A stretch of 43,879 nt of DNA from Bacillota bacterium (GTDB lineage Bacteria > Bacillota_I > Bacilli_A > RF39 > UBA660), in NCBI GenBank assembly GCA_022771715.1, contig JALELF010000081.1, forward strand, positions 1-43,879, written 5' to 3'. This document shows positions 15,722 to 24,316 of the stretch, piece by piece (position 1 is the stretch's first letter; every line of letters starts with the position of its first letter). Made by a program: the position numbers and the translations under genes. The notes under the pieces were generated by a model. That model worked only from the letters and a program-made list of their open reading frames with translations. It did not search any database and was not told the origin of the DNA.

Positions 15722-17815
15722 ATGATGACAGTATTAGAATACGCAATTGATGTAAACAAAACTGTAGAAGAAATATTAAAAAAATGTAAGGAGCTTAACA
15801 TTGATGTAACTAGTGAATCTGATTTATTAGATGATACTGCTATTACTGAACTTGACAATACAATCGATAATACAGAAGAATTAGAAGATTTAGTAGAAGA
15901 GATAATTGAAAAGAAAGATATAGAAGTAGATAATGTAGTAAAAAAAGAAAAACTAAAGAAAAAAAATGATTATGTAAACAAGAAAAACCAAAAAGAATTA
16001 GCCAAAGAAAAAAAGGAAATGTATAAACATAAAGAAAAATTGATGTCTAATAAGCCTGTTACTGATGAAAAAGTTATATTGTATAAAGATAATATGACAA
16101 TAGCTGAACTTGCAAAAAGTCTTGGTGTACCTAGTGCGGAATTAGTAAAAAAACTCTTTAATTTAGGAGTTATTGCTACTTTAAATACTAGTATTAGCTT
16201 TGAAAATGCTGAGTTATTGGTAGTTGATTATGATAAGGAATTAAAAAGAGAAGAAACAGTCGATGTTACTAATTTTGAAGAATATGAAATAAAAGATTTA
16301 GATTCAGATTTAGTTACTAGACCTCCAGTTGTTACAATAATGGGACATGTTGATCATGGTAAAACTACTTTACTTGATAGTATTAGAAAAACAAAGGTAG
16401 CTGATTTTGAAGCTGGTGGTATTACGCAAGCAATAAGTGCATATCAAGTTGAACTTGATGGTAAAAAGATAACATTTATTGATACTCCAGGACATGCTGC
16501 TTTCACAGAAATGCGTGCTCGTGGGGCAAAAATAACTGATATTATTGTTATTATTATTGCTGCTAATGATGGTATTATGCCACAAACAAAAGAGGTAATA
16601 GATCACGCTAAAGCTGCTAATGTACCAATTATAGTGGCACTTAACAAGATAGACTTAGGTAGTGAAAATGTTGAAAGAATAATGACTGAACTTACTGAGT
16701 ATGGACTTACTCCAGATGAGTGGGGTGGAGATACGTTATATAACAAAATATCTGCTAAACAAGGAACTGGTATTGATGGATTACTTGAAAATATTTTACT
16801 CATTGCAGAAATGCAAGATTATAAAGCCAATCCAAATAGATATGCGATTGGAACTGTAATAGAGTCAAGACTTGATAAACAAGTTGGACCTGTGGTAACT
16901 GTTTTAATTCAAAATGGTACTTTAAGAATTGGAGATCCTATTGTTGTTGGAACTACTTATGGTAAAGTTAGAACATTAAAAGATGATATGGGAAAAGAAA
17001 TAGTAGAAGCGCTTCCTAGTACACCAGTTGAAATAACTGGTATCAATGAAGTACCTATTGCTGGTGATAAATTTATGGCTTTTGAAAGTGAAAAAGAAGC
17101 TAAAAATGTGGCTATGCAAAGAAAAGAAAAACAAAAAGAAAAAGAAAATAGAAAGAATAGTTCTGTTACATTAGATGATTTATTTGCTAAAATACAAGAT
17201 GGCATTAAAGAAATAAATGTTATCATTAAATCTGATGTTCATGGTTCTGCTGAAGCTGTAAAAAGCTCTTTAGAGAGTATTGATGTAGAAGGTGTAAAGG
17301 TAAAAGTAATCAGAAGTAGTGTAGGGAATATTACTGAAAGTGATGTTGTCCTAGCGAAAGCTTCTAATGCTATAATTATTGGATTTAATATTAGACCTAA
17401 TAATAGCGTAAAAGATTATGCTAAGCAAAATGGCGTAGAAATTAGACTTTACAATATTATTTATAAAGCAATGGAAGATATGGAAGCTGCAATGAAAGGT
17501 ATGTTAGAACCTACTTATGAAGAAAAAGTAATCGGTGAAGTAGAAGTTAGACAATTATTTAAGTTTTCTAAAGTTGGTACAATTGCTGGTTGCTATGTAA
17601 CAGATGGTATCGTTAAAAGAGATGCTAAGGTAAGAGTAATTAGAGATGGCATTGTTATTTATGATGGTGTTATTAATTCTTTACAGAGAGAAAAAGATTC
17701 TGCAAAAGAGGTAAAAAAAGGATTAGAATGTGGTATTACTGTTGAAAACTATAATGATATTAAAGTTGGAGATATCTTAGAGTGTTATGAGATGGTAGAA
17801 GTAAAGAACGTTTAG
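15722..17815 (+). CDS. infB: Translation initiation factor IF-2
   Basis: G-domain GHVDHGKTTLLD, DTPGHAAF and NKID. Lys/Glu-rich N-terminal region. ATG 15722 with AGAGGTGA 5 nt upstream. Confidence 0.95.
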   Translation: MMTVLEYAIDVNKTVEEILKKCKELNIDVTSESDLLDDTAITELDNTIDNTEELEDLVEEIIEKKDIEVDNVVKKEKLKKKNDYVNKKNQKELAKEKKEMYKHKEKLMSNKPVTDEKVILYKDNMTIAELAKSLGVPSAELVKKLFNLGVIATLNTSISFENAELLVVDYDKELKREETVDVTNFEEYEIKDLDSDLVTRPPVVTIMGHVDHGKTTLLDSIRKTKVADFEAGGITQAISAYQVELDGKKITFIDTPGHAAFTEMRARGAKITDIIVIIIAANDGIMPQTKEVIDHAKAANVPIIVALNKIDLGSENVERIMTELTEYGLTPDEWGGDTLYNKISAKQGTGIDGLLENILLIAEMQDYKANPNRYAIGTVIESRLDKQVGPVVTVLIQNGTLRIGDPIVVGTTYGKVRTLKDDMGKEIVEALPSTPVEITGINEVPIAGDKFMAFESEKEAKNVAMQRKEKQKEKENRKNSSVTLDDLFAKIQDGIKEINVIIKSDVHGSAEAVKSSLESIDVEGVKVKVIRSSVGNITESDVVLAKASNAIIIGFNIRPNNSVKDYAKQNGVEIRLYNIIYKAMEDMEAAMKGMLEPTYEEKVIGEVEVRQLFKFSKVGTIAGCYVTDGIVKRDAKVRVIRDGIVIYDGVINSLQREKDSAKEVKKGLECGITVENYNDIKVGDILECYEMVEVKNV

Positions 17816-17818
17816 TTC

Positions 17819-17863
17819 TCAGGATAAACGCATGAGTTTTAAAAACTTATGTGTTTATCCTGA
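17819..17863 (+). other. Long RNA hairpin immediately after the infB stop (3' stabiliser, processing site or weak terminator)
   Basis: 21-bp stem TCAGGATAAACGCATGAGTTT / AAACTTATGTGTTTATCCTGA with a 3-nt loop. Both imperfect positions are G.U on the + strand RNA and would be C.A on the minus strand. There is no T-run directly after it. Confidence 0.5.
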
Positions 17864-17948
17864 TAATAATAGTATTTCTGTTTTACAAAGATATATGAAA
17901 TATGTTAAAATGTATATGTGAGAAATTTCATATAGAAAGAGTGATAAC

Positions 17949-18296
17949 ATGAGTGTTAAAATAGAAAGAATTAATAATATGCTAGTAGAAGAAATAAGCT
18001 ATATTCTAGCAACAGAAATAAAAGATGAAGATATAAAATTTGTAACAATAACAGGGGCTAATACAACCAATGATTTAAGCTTTGCTAAAATATATTTTAC
18101 GACTTTAAAAGAAAAAGAAAAGACGCTAGAAGCTTTAAATAATGCTAGTGGATTTATTAGAAAGATGTTAGCTGATAGAATTGAAATAAGACATATTCCA
18201 GAACTTACTTTTATTTATGACGAGTCTATAGAATATGGTAAAAGAATAGAACAAATAATAGAAAATATAAATGAAAATAAAGAACAGTTTAAATAA
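17949..18296 (+). CDS. rbfA: Ribosome-binding factor A
   Basis: RINNMLVEEISYIL...DIKFVTITGANTTNDLSFAKIYFT...IRHIPELTF matches RbfA. Own TTTACA-18-TAAAAT (TG-extended) promoter at about 17882-17911. Confidence 0.9.
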   Translation: MSVKIERINNMLVEEISYILATEIKDEDIKFVTITGANTTNDLSFAKIYFTTLKEKEKTLEALNNASGFIRKMLADRIEIRHIPELTFIYDESIEYGKRIEQIIENINENKEQFK

Positions 18297-18312
18297 GCTG
18301 TTCTTTTGTTTG
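18281..18312 (+). terminator. Intrinsic terminator after rbfA
   Basis: AGAACAG-(10-nt loop containing the stop codon)-CTGTTCT followed by TTTTGTTTGTTT. Confidence 0.55.
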
Positions 18313-18315
18313 TTT

Positions 18316-18338
18316 CAAAGTGCAATTTTTGCACTTTG
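18316..18338. repeat. Perfect 10-3-10 palindrome CAAAGTGCAA-TTT-TTGCACTTTG, plus a third half-site at 18348-18358
   Basis: Read directly from the sequence. TTTTGCACTTT recurs 21 nt downstream as a direct repeat of the right arm. Confidence 0.6.
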
Positions 18339-18389
18339 GATACATTCTTTTGCACTTTAAAAATATCATCAAATTTATACAATACAACT

Positions 18390-18427
18390 AAAAAAGGAAA
18401 GTCTATATATTCATACTTTCCTTTTTT
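18390..18427. terminator. Bidirectional intrinsic terminator
   Basis: A6-GGAAAGT-(12-nt loop)-ACTTTCC-T6. It can serve the + strand read-through from rbfA and the minus-strand gene ending at 18470. Confidence 0.6.
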
Positions 18428-18469
18428 CTAACATATTATTTTTTATAATGTACTCTAAATGTTTTTATA

Positions 18470-18949
18470 TCAAACATATTTAGGTTGCTTTTTAGTTAAA
18501 ACTTTTACTCCGATTTTTCTTTTTGCTTTTTCTTGAGCAATATATGCACATTCAAAGCAATTTTCAGTTTTTAATGTAATAATTAAATCAAATCTTGTAT
18601 TTCTTAAATGATGACAATTAATGTAGTTATAGTTAGTGTTATTTATTCTTATAGGCATAGGTCCTATTTCAGGAATGGTTATACTGTGATTTTCTATAAA
18701 ATTATCTCTGATGTAGTTTATAGCTTCAATAGCCTCTAAATAATTACACTTAGCATTTAATACTAATTTAAAACTATTATTTGCTTTACTAACCATCGAA
18801 TAACTATCACCATCAATTACTTGAAGAAATAAACAACCACTAATTTCATTATAGTTTATAAAAATTGTATAGTTGTTATTGTCATCTCTTAAGAAATTCA
18901 TATTGCATAAATACTGATTAATTAATCTTTTAACGTTTTCATTTTCCAT
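18470..18949 (-). CDS. Hypothetical protein (159 aa), no recognisable motif
   Basis: Intact ORF with SD GAGAGGAGATTGATTAC-ATG on the minus strand and a TTGACA-17-TAATAT promoter. It is Cys/Asn-rich with a basic C-terminal tail (AQEKAKRKIGVKVLTKKQPKYV). One of the few minus-strand genes in the window. Confidence 0.6.
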   Translation of the reverse strand: MENENVKRLINQYLCNMNFLRDDNNNYTIFINYNEISGCLFLQVIDGDSYSMVSKANNSFKLVLNAKCNYLEAIEAINYIRDNFIENHSITIPEIGPMPIRINNTNYNYINCHHLRNTRFDLIITLKTENCFECAYIAQEKAKRKIGVKVLTKKQPKYV

Positions 18950-18999
18950 GTAATCAATCTCCTCTCAAAATAGCGAAAACTTCATAATATTACCACTTT

Positions 19000-19024
19000 A
19001 TAAACGATTTGTCAAATCGTTTAT
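19000..19024. promoter_or_regulatory. Perfect 25-bp palindrome spanning back-to-back -35 boxes of divergent promoters
   Basis: ATAAACGATTTG-T-CAAATCGTTTAT; all 12 arm pairs were checked. On the + strand, TTGTCA-17-TATAAT leads to hemW. On the - strand, TTGACA-17-TAATAT leads to the 159-aa ORF. Confidence 0.55.
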
Positions 19025-19053
19025 TTTAATATATAATATTATTAGGTGGTAAT

Positions 19054-20142
19054 ATGTCGATTTATATACATATTCCTTTTTGTACTACAATATGTTCATA
19101 TTGTGATTTTTGTAAAAGAATATATGATAAAAAATATGTAGATAAGTATTTACTTGAATTAAAAAACGAAATAGAGAGTAATTATAAAGAAGAAGTAGTA
19201 AAAACAATATATATAGGTGGTGGAACACCTACGTCACTTGATTTAGAACAATTAGATAAATTACTCACAATAACTAATATATTAAATAAAGATAAAAATT
19301 ATGAATTTACTATCGAATGTAATGTAGATAGTTTAGATGAAGAAAAAATAAGATTATTTAATAAATATGGAATAAATAGAGTAAGTATAGGAATAGAATC
19401 ATTTGATAAAAATAACTTATCCTTTTTGAATAGGACATGCAATTATAAAGAAGTAAAAGAAAAAATAAAGTTATTAAATAAATACAGTATAAACAATATT
19501 AATGTCGATTTAATATATGCGATTCCTTGTGAAACGTTAAAAGTGTTAAAAAAAGATTTAGAATTAATAAGCAAGCTAAAAATAAAACATGTTTCAACTT
19601 ATTCATTAATAATAGAAGATAATACTTGTTTAAAAATAAAAGGAATTAAAAATATAGATGAAGAATTAGATTATAAAATGTATAATCTTATTTGCTCTTA
19701 TTTAAAAAAACATGGATTTGTTCACTACGAAATAAGCAATTTTGCTAAAAAATGGTATTTTTCTAAACATAATTTAACTTATTGGAACAATAATGAATAT
19801 TATGGTTTTGGACTAGGGGCATCCGGATATATAAATAATGTAAGATATTCTAATACAAGAAGCCTTACTAATTATTTAAAAGGTTGTTATAGATTAGAAG
19901 AAGAAAATATGACAAAAGTAACAAACAAAGAAAATGAATTAATGCTTGGTTTAAGAAAAATAAAAGGAGTAAATAAGAAAGAATTTTATAATAAATATAA
20001 TGAAAAATTAGAAGAAAAAGAAATAATAAAAAAATTATTAAAGGAAGGTAAATTAAAACAAAATAAAGAATATATATACATAAATAAAAAGTATATATAT
20101 ACATCAAATAATATTTTGGTCGATATAATAGGTGAGATATGA
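19054..20142 (+). CDS. hemW: Radical SAM heme chaperone HemW (HemN-like, oxygen-independent coproporphyrinogen oxidase family)
   Basis: IYIHIPFCTTICSYCDF (CxxxCxxC) and YIGGGTPT. Family-typical length and a HemN_C-like tail. Confidence 0.9.
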   Translation: MSIYIHIPFCTTICSYCDFCKRIYDKKYVDKYLLELKNEIESNYKEEVVKTIYIGGGTPTSLDLEQLDKLLTITNILNKDKNYEFTIECNVDSLDEEKIRLFNKYGINRVSIGIESFDKNNLSFLNRTCNYKEVKEKIKLLNKYSINNINVDLIYAIPCETLKVLKKDLELISKLKIKHVSTYSLIIEDNTCLKIKGIKNIDEELDYKMYNLICSYLKKHGFVHYEISNFAKKWYFSKHNLTYWNNNEYYGFGLGASGYINNVRYSNTRSLTNYLKGCYRLEEENMTKVTNKENELMLGLRKIKGVNKKEFYNKYNEKLEEKEIIKKLLKEGKLKQNKEYIYINKKYIYTSNNILVDIIGEI

Positions 20143-20711
20143 ATAAAACATTTGAAAAAGAATACACATATATTAAGAATAAAAAATATAGAGATAATCT
20201 AGATATTCTAGTTAATCTGTTGCCTGATTATTTTTTTAAGGTAGCAGCTAGTTCTACTGGCAAATACCATCCTTCATTTTCCTTAGGTGAAAACGGTTTA
20301 GTAAGACATACTAAAGTTGCGGTTAAAATCGCTTATGACTTAATGAATGATGAGGCAGTAACCAGTGTTTTTACGTCTGATGAAGAAGATATGATGATTT
20401 TTGCTTTAGTTTTGCACGATGGACTTAAGCATGGATTAAATTTTAGTAAATACACAGTTTTTGAGCATCCAGTTTTGATGGCTAATTTTATTAAAGATAA
20501 TAAGACTAAACTATCTTTAAATGATGAAGAAGTAGAATTTATTAGCAGTCTAATTGCTTCACATATGGGTCCTTGGAATACTAATCCATACAGTGATATT
20601 ATTTTACCAAAACCTAAAAACAAATATCAAAAATTTGTTCATATGTGTGATTATTTAGCAAGTAGAAGATATTTAGATGTCAAATTTGAAAATAATGAAA
20701 TAATAGAATAG
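20139..20711 (+). CDS. HD-domain phosphohydrolase
   Basis: SSTGKYHP ... GLVRHTKVAV ... ALVLHDGLKHG ... HMCDY provides His/HD metal-ligand spacing. ATGA overlap with the hemW stop. Confidence 0.78.
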   Translation: MNKTFEKEYTYIKNKKYRDNLDILVNLLPDYFFKVAASSTGKYHPSFSLGENGLVRHTKVAVKIAYDLMNDEAVTSVFTSDEEDMMIFALVLHDGLKHGLNFSKYTVFEHPVLMANFIKDNKTKLSLNDEEVEFISSLIASHMGPWNTNPYSDIILPKPKNKYQKFVHMCDYLASRRYLDVKFENNEIIE

Positions 20712-20721
20712 AGGTATATTT

Positions 20722-21156
20722 ATGAATAAAGTTAAATTAATAACTTATAGTAAGTTAGAAGATTATAATAGTGATTTAGTTTTAAAGTGGCTTAAAGTAT
20801 TGTTAAATAAAAATGTTATTAATGATGAAGTAATCAAAGAAAAATGTAAAAACTTCTTTGAAAATATTGATTTTTCTTTTATAGTTAGTTGTAAAAATAC
20901 AATAGTTAAATATGCGCTATTAGAACAAATTAGCGATTATTTAAACGTAACAAATACTGATTTAATGTTTACAATGAATGTAAATGAATTAAATGATTTC
21001 TTTAATAGAAATCACACTAATGATAATTTAGAAATGAAAGATATTTCCAATCAAATGTTAAATTCTTGTTTAGAGGTAGTACCAACTTTCTTTAACAATC
21101 CAGCCATTAAAAATCATTACAATAAAGTAAAAGTATTAAAAAAAAGCAATGATTAA
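20722..21156 (+). CDS. Hypothetical protein (144 aa)
   Basis: ORF with SD AGAGG 8 nt upstream. No recognisable motif. Its 3' end overlaps the next gene by 8 nt. Confidence 0.55.
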   Translation: MNKVKLITYSKLEDYNSDLVLKWLKVLLNKNVINDEVIKEKCKNFFENIDFSFIVSCKNTIVKYALLEQISDYLNVTNTDLMFTMNVNELNDFFNRNHTNDNLEMKDISNQMLNSCLEVVPTFFNNPAIKNHYNKVKVLKKSND

Positions 21157-21793
21157 TTTTTATTCTCATCGTGCTAGAGATAGTCATAGTTTTAAAGATA
21201 ATAGTAAAGAAGCAATTAATTTTGTTTTAAATAAAAGCTATATTGCAGGTGTTGAATTAGATATAAGATTAACAAAAGATAAAAAACTAGTTATATATCA
21301 TAATCCATTTGTAATATTAAATAATAAGATAAAAGTAATTTATGAAACAAAATATGTGGATTTATACAAAGCTAATATTTATAGATTAAAAGATATATTA
21401 GCTTTTTTTAATACAAATAAAAGAATAATATTAGAAGTTAAATATGAAAACAAATTTAATAAGAAAGATGCAGATTTAATAATAGATGAAGTTAGTAAAT
21501 ATAATTTAGACATATATTTATGTAGCTTCAATACTAAATTAATAAAGTATATAAAAAAGAATTCTAATTTAAAATGTGGTATTATTATTGGAAGTATAAT
21601 TAATAAGTTTAAAAGTAAATTAGACTTTTGTTTAATGAAATATAGTTTAATCTTTAAAATACCTAAATATGAATATTATATTTGGACTATAAATGATAAT
21701 AATTTATTAAATAAAATAAAAAAGAAAACTAAAAATATTAATATAATTACAGACAATGCTTATAAGCTTAATAATATCCACCAGTCGCATTAG
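21149..21793 (+). CDS. Glycerophosphodiester phosphodiesterase-like (GDPD family, divergent)
   Basis: N-terminal FYSHRARDS...DNSKEAINF...GVELDIRLTKDKKLVIYHN parallels the GDPD pattern HRG...ENT...E.D...TKDG..V..HD, with substitutions. Confidence 0.65.
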   Translation: MINFYSHRARDSHSFKDNSKEAINFVLNKSYIAGVELDIRLTKDKKLVIYHNPFVILNNKIKVIYETKYVDLYKANIYRLKDILAFFNTNKRIILEVKYENKFNKKDADLIIDEVSKYNLDIYLCSFNTKLIKYIKKNSNLKCGIIIGSIINKFKSKLDFCLMKYSLIFKIPKYEYYIWTINDNNLLNKIKKKTKNINIITDNAYKLNNIHQSH

Positions 21794-22274
21794 CGTTTTC
21801 AGTAATTATCATAGCTTCATTATCATATTTTTTTACTATATTAAAAACTTCATTTCTTAATTTCCTTTTAACAACTATAATTAAAATCGTTTTAAAATCA
21901 TTTTTTCCTTTACCTTTAAAAGTTGTTAAAGCAAATCCTCTTTTTCGAATACTTCTTATCATATTTGAAGCATATTTTTCAGTAATTACCATTATCAAAT
22001 TAGCGCCAAGCGCTAATTTTTCTTCAATTATACTTCCTACTAATGAACCAATATAAGAGCCAAGAATGAAAGCAATTATTTTAAAATAATCTTTTATTAT
22101 ATTAGTAATTACCATACTAGTAGATAAAATCCAAATAAGAGAAATGACTAATTGTAGAATAGCTCCTATTTGTTTTTTTCCATTAGCAATCAAAATCATT
22201 CTAAGTGTTCCTAAAGCATTTTCTAAAACTTTAAATGTAAAAATGAGTATATATATTAACACTCCTATCACCAT
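21768..22274 (-). CDS. UPF0316 family membrane protein (YebE-like; DUF2179 C-terminal domain)
   Basis: Three N-terminal TM helices (LENALGTLRMILIANGKK...) plus a soluble C-terminal domain ending in GGY, as in Bacillus YebE. Confidence 0.8.
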   Translation of the reverse strand: MVIGVLIYILIFTFKVLENALGTLRMILIANGKKQIGAILQLVISLIWILSTSMVITNIIKDYFKIIAFILGSYIGSLVGSIIEEKLALGANLIMVITEKYASNMIRSIRKRGFALTTFKGKGKNDFKTILIIVVKRKLRNEVFNIVKKYDNEAMIITENANATGGYY

Positions 22275-22351
22275 TATTATTATGGATTTAAATTCTTATC
22301 TTTACACTTACAAATAAATGTTGTAAAATATCAAATGGTTAGGAGAATTAT

Positions 22352-23386
22352 ATGAAAACAGAAGATTTTGATTTTTATTTACCAGAAGATTTAATAGCGC
22401 AAACGCCTTTAAAACAAAGAGATTCATCAAAATTACTTGTTCTTGATAAAAAGACAGGTGAAATAGAACATAAACACTTTACTGATATAATTGATTATTT
22501 AAAAAAAGGAGATGTATTAGTTTTAAATGATACCAAAGTAATACCAGCTAGAATAATAGGTGTTAAAGAAGAAACTAATGCAGTAATTGAACTACTTTTA
22601 CTAAAAGATGAAGGAAATAATGTATGGGAGTGTTTAACTAAACCTGCTAAAAGAGTAAAAGTTGGTACTATCATTAATTTTTCTGATGCTTTAAAAGCTG
22701 AGTGTATAGAAGTGAAAGATGAAGGAATTAGAATATTTAAATTAATATATGAAGGTATTCTATATGAAATATTAGATAAATTAGGTGAAATGCCATTACC
22801 ACCATATATTCATGAAAAATTAAAAGATAAAGATAGATATCAAACTGTGTATGCTAAGAATATAGGAAGTGCAGCTGCTCCAACTGCAGGTCTTCATTTT
22901 ACTAAAGAATTGATGGAGAAAATAAAAGAAAAAGGTGTAATTATTACTTATGTTACTCTACATGTAGGTCTTGGTACTTTTAGACCAGTTAATGTAGAAG
23001 ATGTTACAAAACATAAAATGCATAGTGAATATTACGTAATGAATAAAATAACTGCAAATATTTTAAATAATGCTAAAAAAAATAATAATAAAATAATTAG
23101 TGTTGGAACTACTTCAACAAGAACATTAGAAACAATTATGTCATTATATGGCGAATTTAAAGAATGTAGTGGGAATACTGATATATTTATATATCCTGGC
23201 TATAAATTTAAAGCAATAGACTCATTAATTACTAATTTCCATTTACCTAAATCAACATTAGTAATGTTAGTAAGTGCTCTTGCTGGAAAAGAAAATATTC
23301 TTAATGCTTATAAAGTAGCTGTTCAAAATAAATATAGATTCTTTTCATTTGGTGATGCTATGTATATAGGAGATATTAATGAATAA
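22352..23386 (+). CDS. queA: S-adenosylmethionine:tRNA ribosyltransferase-isomerase
   Basis: [45 protein letters not shown] and [10 protein letters not shown]. Confidence 0.93.
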   Translation: MKTEDFDFYLPEDLIAQTPLKQRDSSKLLVLDKKTGEIEHKHFTDIIDYLKKGDVLVLNDTKVIPARIIGVKEETNAVIELLLLKDEGNNVWECLTKPAKRVKVGTIINFSDALKAECIEVKDEGIRIFKLIYEGILYEILDKLGEMPLPPYIHEKLKDKDRYQTVYAKNIGSAAAPTAGLHFTKELMEKIKEKGVIITYVTLHVGLGTFRPVNVEDVTKHKMHSEYYVMNKITANILNNAKKNNNKIISVGTTSTRTLETIMSLYGEFKECSGNTDIFIYPGYKFKAIDSLITNFHLPKSTLVMLVSALAGKENILNAYKVAVQNKYRFFSFGDAMYIGDINE

Positions 23387-24266
23387 AGTAATTGTAATTA
23401 CCGGTCCTACTGCTACTGGGAAAACTAAATTAAGTATTGAAATAGCAAAACACTTTAATGGTGAAATTATAAATGCTGACAGTACACAAGTTTATAGAAA
23501 TCTTGATGTTGCAACTGCTAAAGTAACAGAAGAAGAAAAAGAAAATATTCCTCATTATTTGTTTGATATTAAAGATATAACTGATGATTATACAGTGTTT
23601 GATTATCAAAAAGATGGTAGAAATAAAATAAAAGAAATATTTGGTAAAAATAAAACACCAATTGTAGTAGGTGGTACAGGTTTATATATAAAAGCACTAT
23701 TATATGATTATAAATTTAATGAAGAAAAAAATAATAATGATTTTGATAATTTAACAAATGAAGAAATATATAATAAGTTAAAAGAATTAGATAACAATAT
23801 AGAAATACATGTTAATAATAGAAAAAGATTAGTTAGAGCTTTAAATTATGTATTAAATACTAACAAAAAATATAGTGAAAAAGAAAAAACTGATACTTTA
23901 TTATATCCTACATTATTTATTGGTTTAACTACATCTAGACATAATTTATATGATCGAATTAATAAAAGAGTAGAAGCAATGATAAATAATGGTCTAATAG
24001 ATGAAGCAAAAAAAATATATGACACTAATATTAGAAGTAAAGCTGTTATGACGCCAATAGGTTATAAGGAATTATTTATGTATTTTGATAATGAAATATC
24101 ATTAGAAAACGCTATTGATTTAATTAAACAAAGAAGTAGAAAATATGCTAAAAGACAGTATACGTGGTTTAATAACCAAATGAATATCAAATGGTTTAAC
24201 ACCGATTATGATAATTTTTCAAATACAATTAAAGAAGTAGTTGATTACATAGAATGTCAAAAATGA
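23379..24266 (+). CDS. miaA: tRNA dimethylallyltransferase
   Basis: P-loop [30 protein letters not shown] and RQYTWF. Confidence 0.93.
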   Translation: MNKVIVITGPTATGKTKLSIEIAKHFNGEIINADSTQVYRNLDVATAKVTEEEKENIPHYLFDIKDITDDYTVFDYQKDGRNKIKEIFGKNKTPIVVGGTGLYIKALLYDYKFNEEKNNNDFDNLTNEEIYNKLKELDNNIEIHVNNRKRLVRALNYVLNTNKKYSEKEKTDTLLYPTLFIGLTTSRHNLYDRINKRVEAMINNGLIDEAKKIYDTNIRSKAVMTPIGYKELFMYFDNEISLENAIDLIKQRSRKYAKRQYTWFNNQMNIKWFNTDYDNFSNTIKEVVDYIECQK

Positions 24267-24316
24267 TATTCTTTTTTTTTGAATTTTGGTATAATATATT
24301 TGAAGGTAGTGATTAT

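Noticed and set aside
16370-17226. Three minus-strand ORFs (16370-16606, 16603-16803, 16957-17226)
   Set aside because: All are antisense to infB, whose G-domain motifs are unambiguous.
19868-20623. Minus-strand ORFs 19868-20167 and 20333-20623
   Set aside because: They are antisense to hemW and the HD gene, and are Leu/Phe/Ile-rich, AT-driven frames.
24254-24316. Upstream extension of the large ORF ([21 protein letters not shown])
   Set aside because: It starts inside miaA and spans the putative promoter and a T-run. ATG 24317 downstream of the extended -10 is more plausible.
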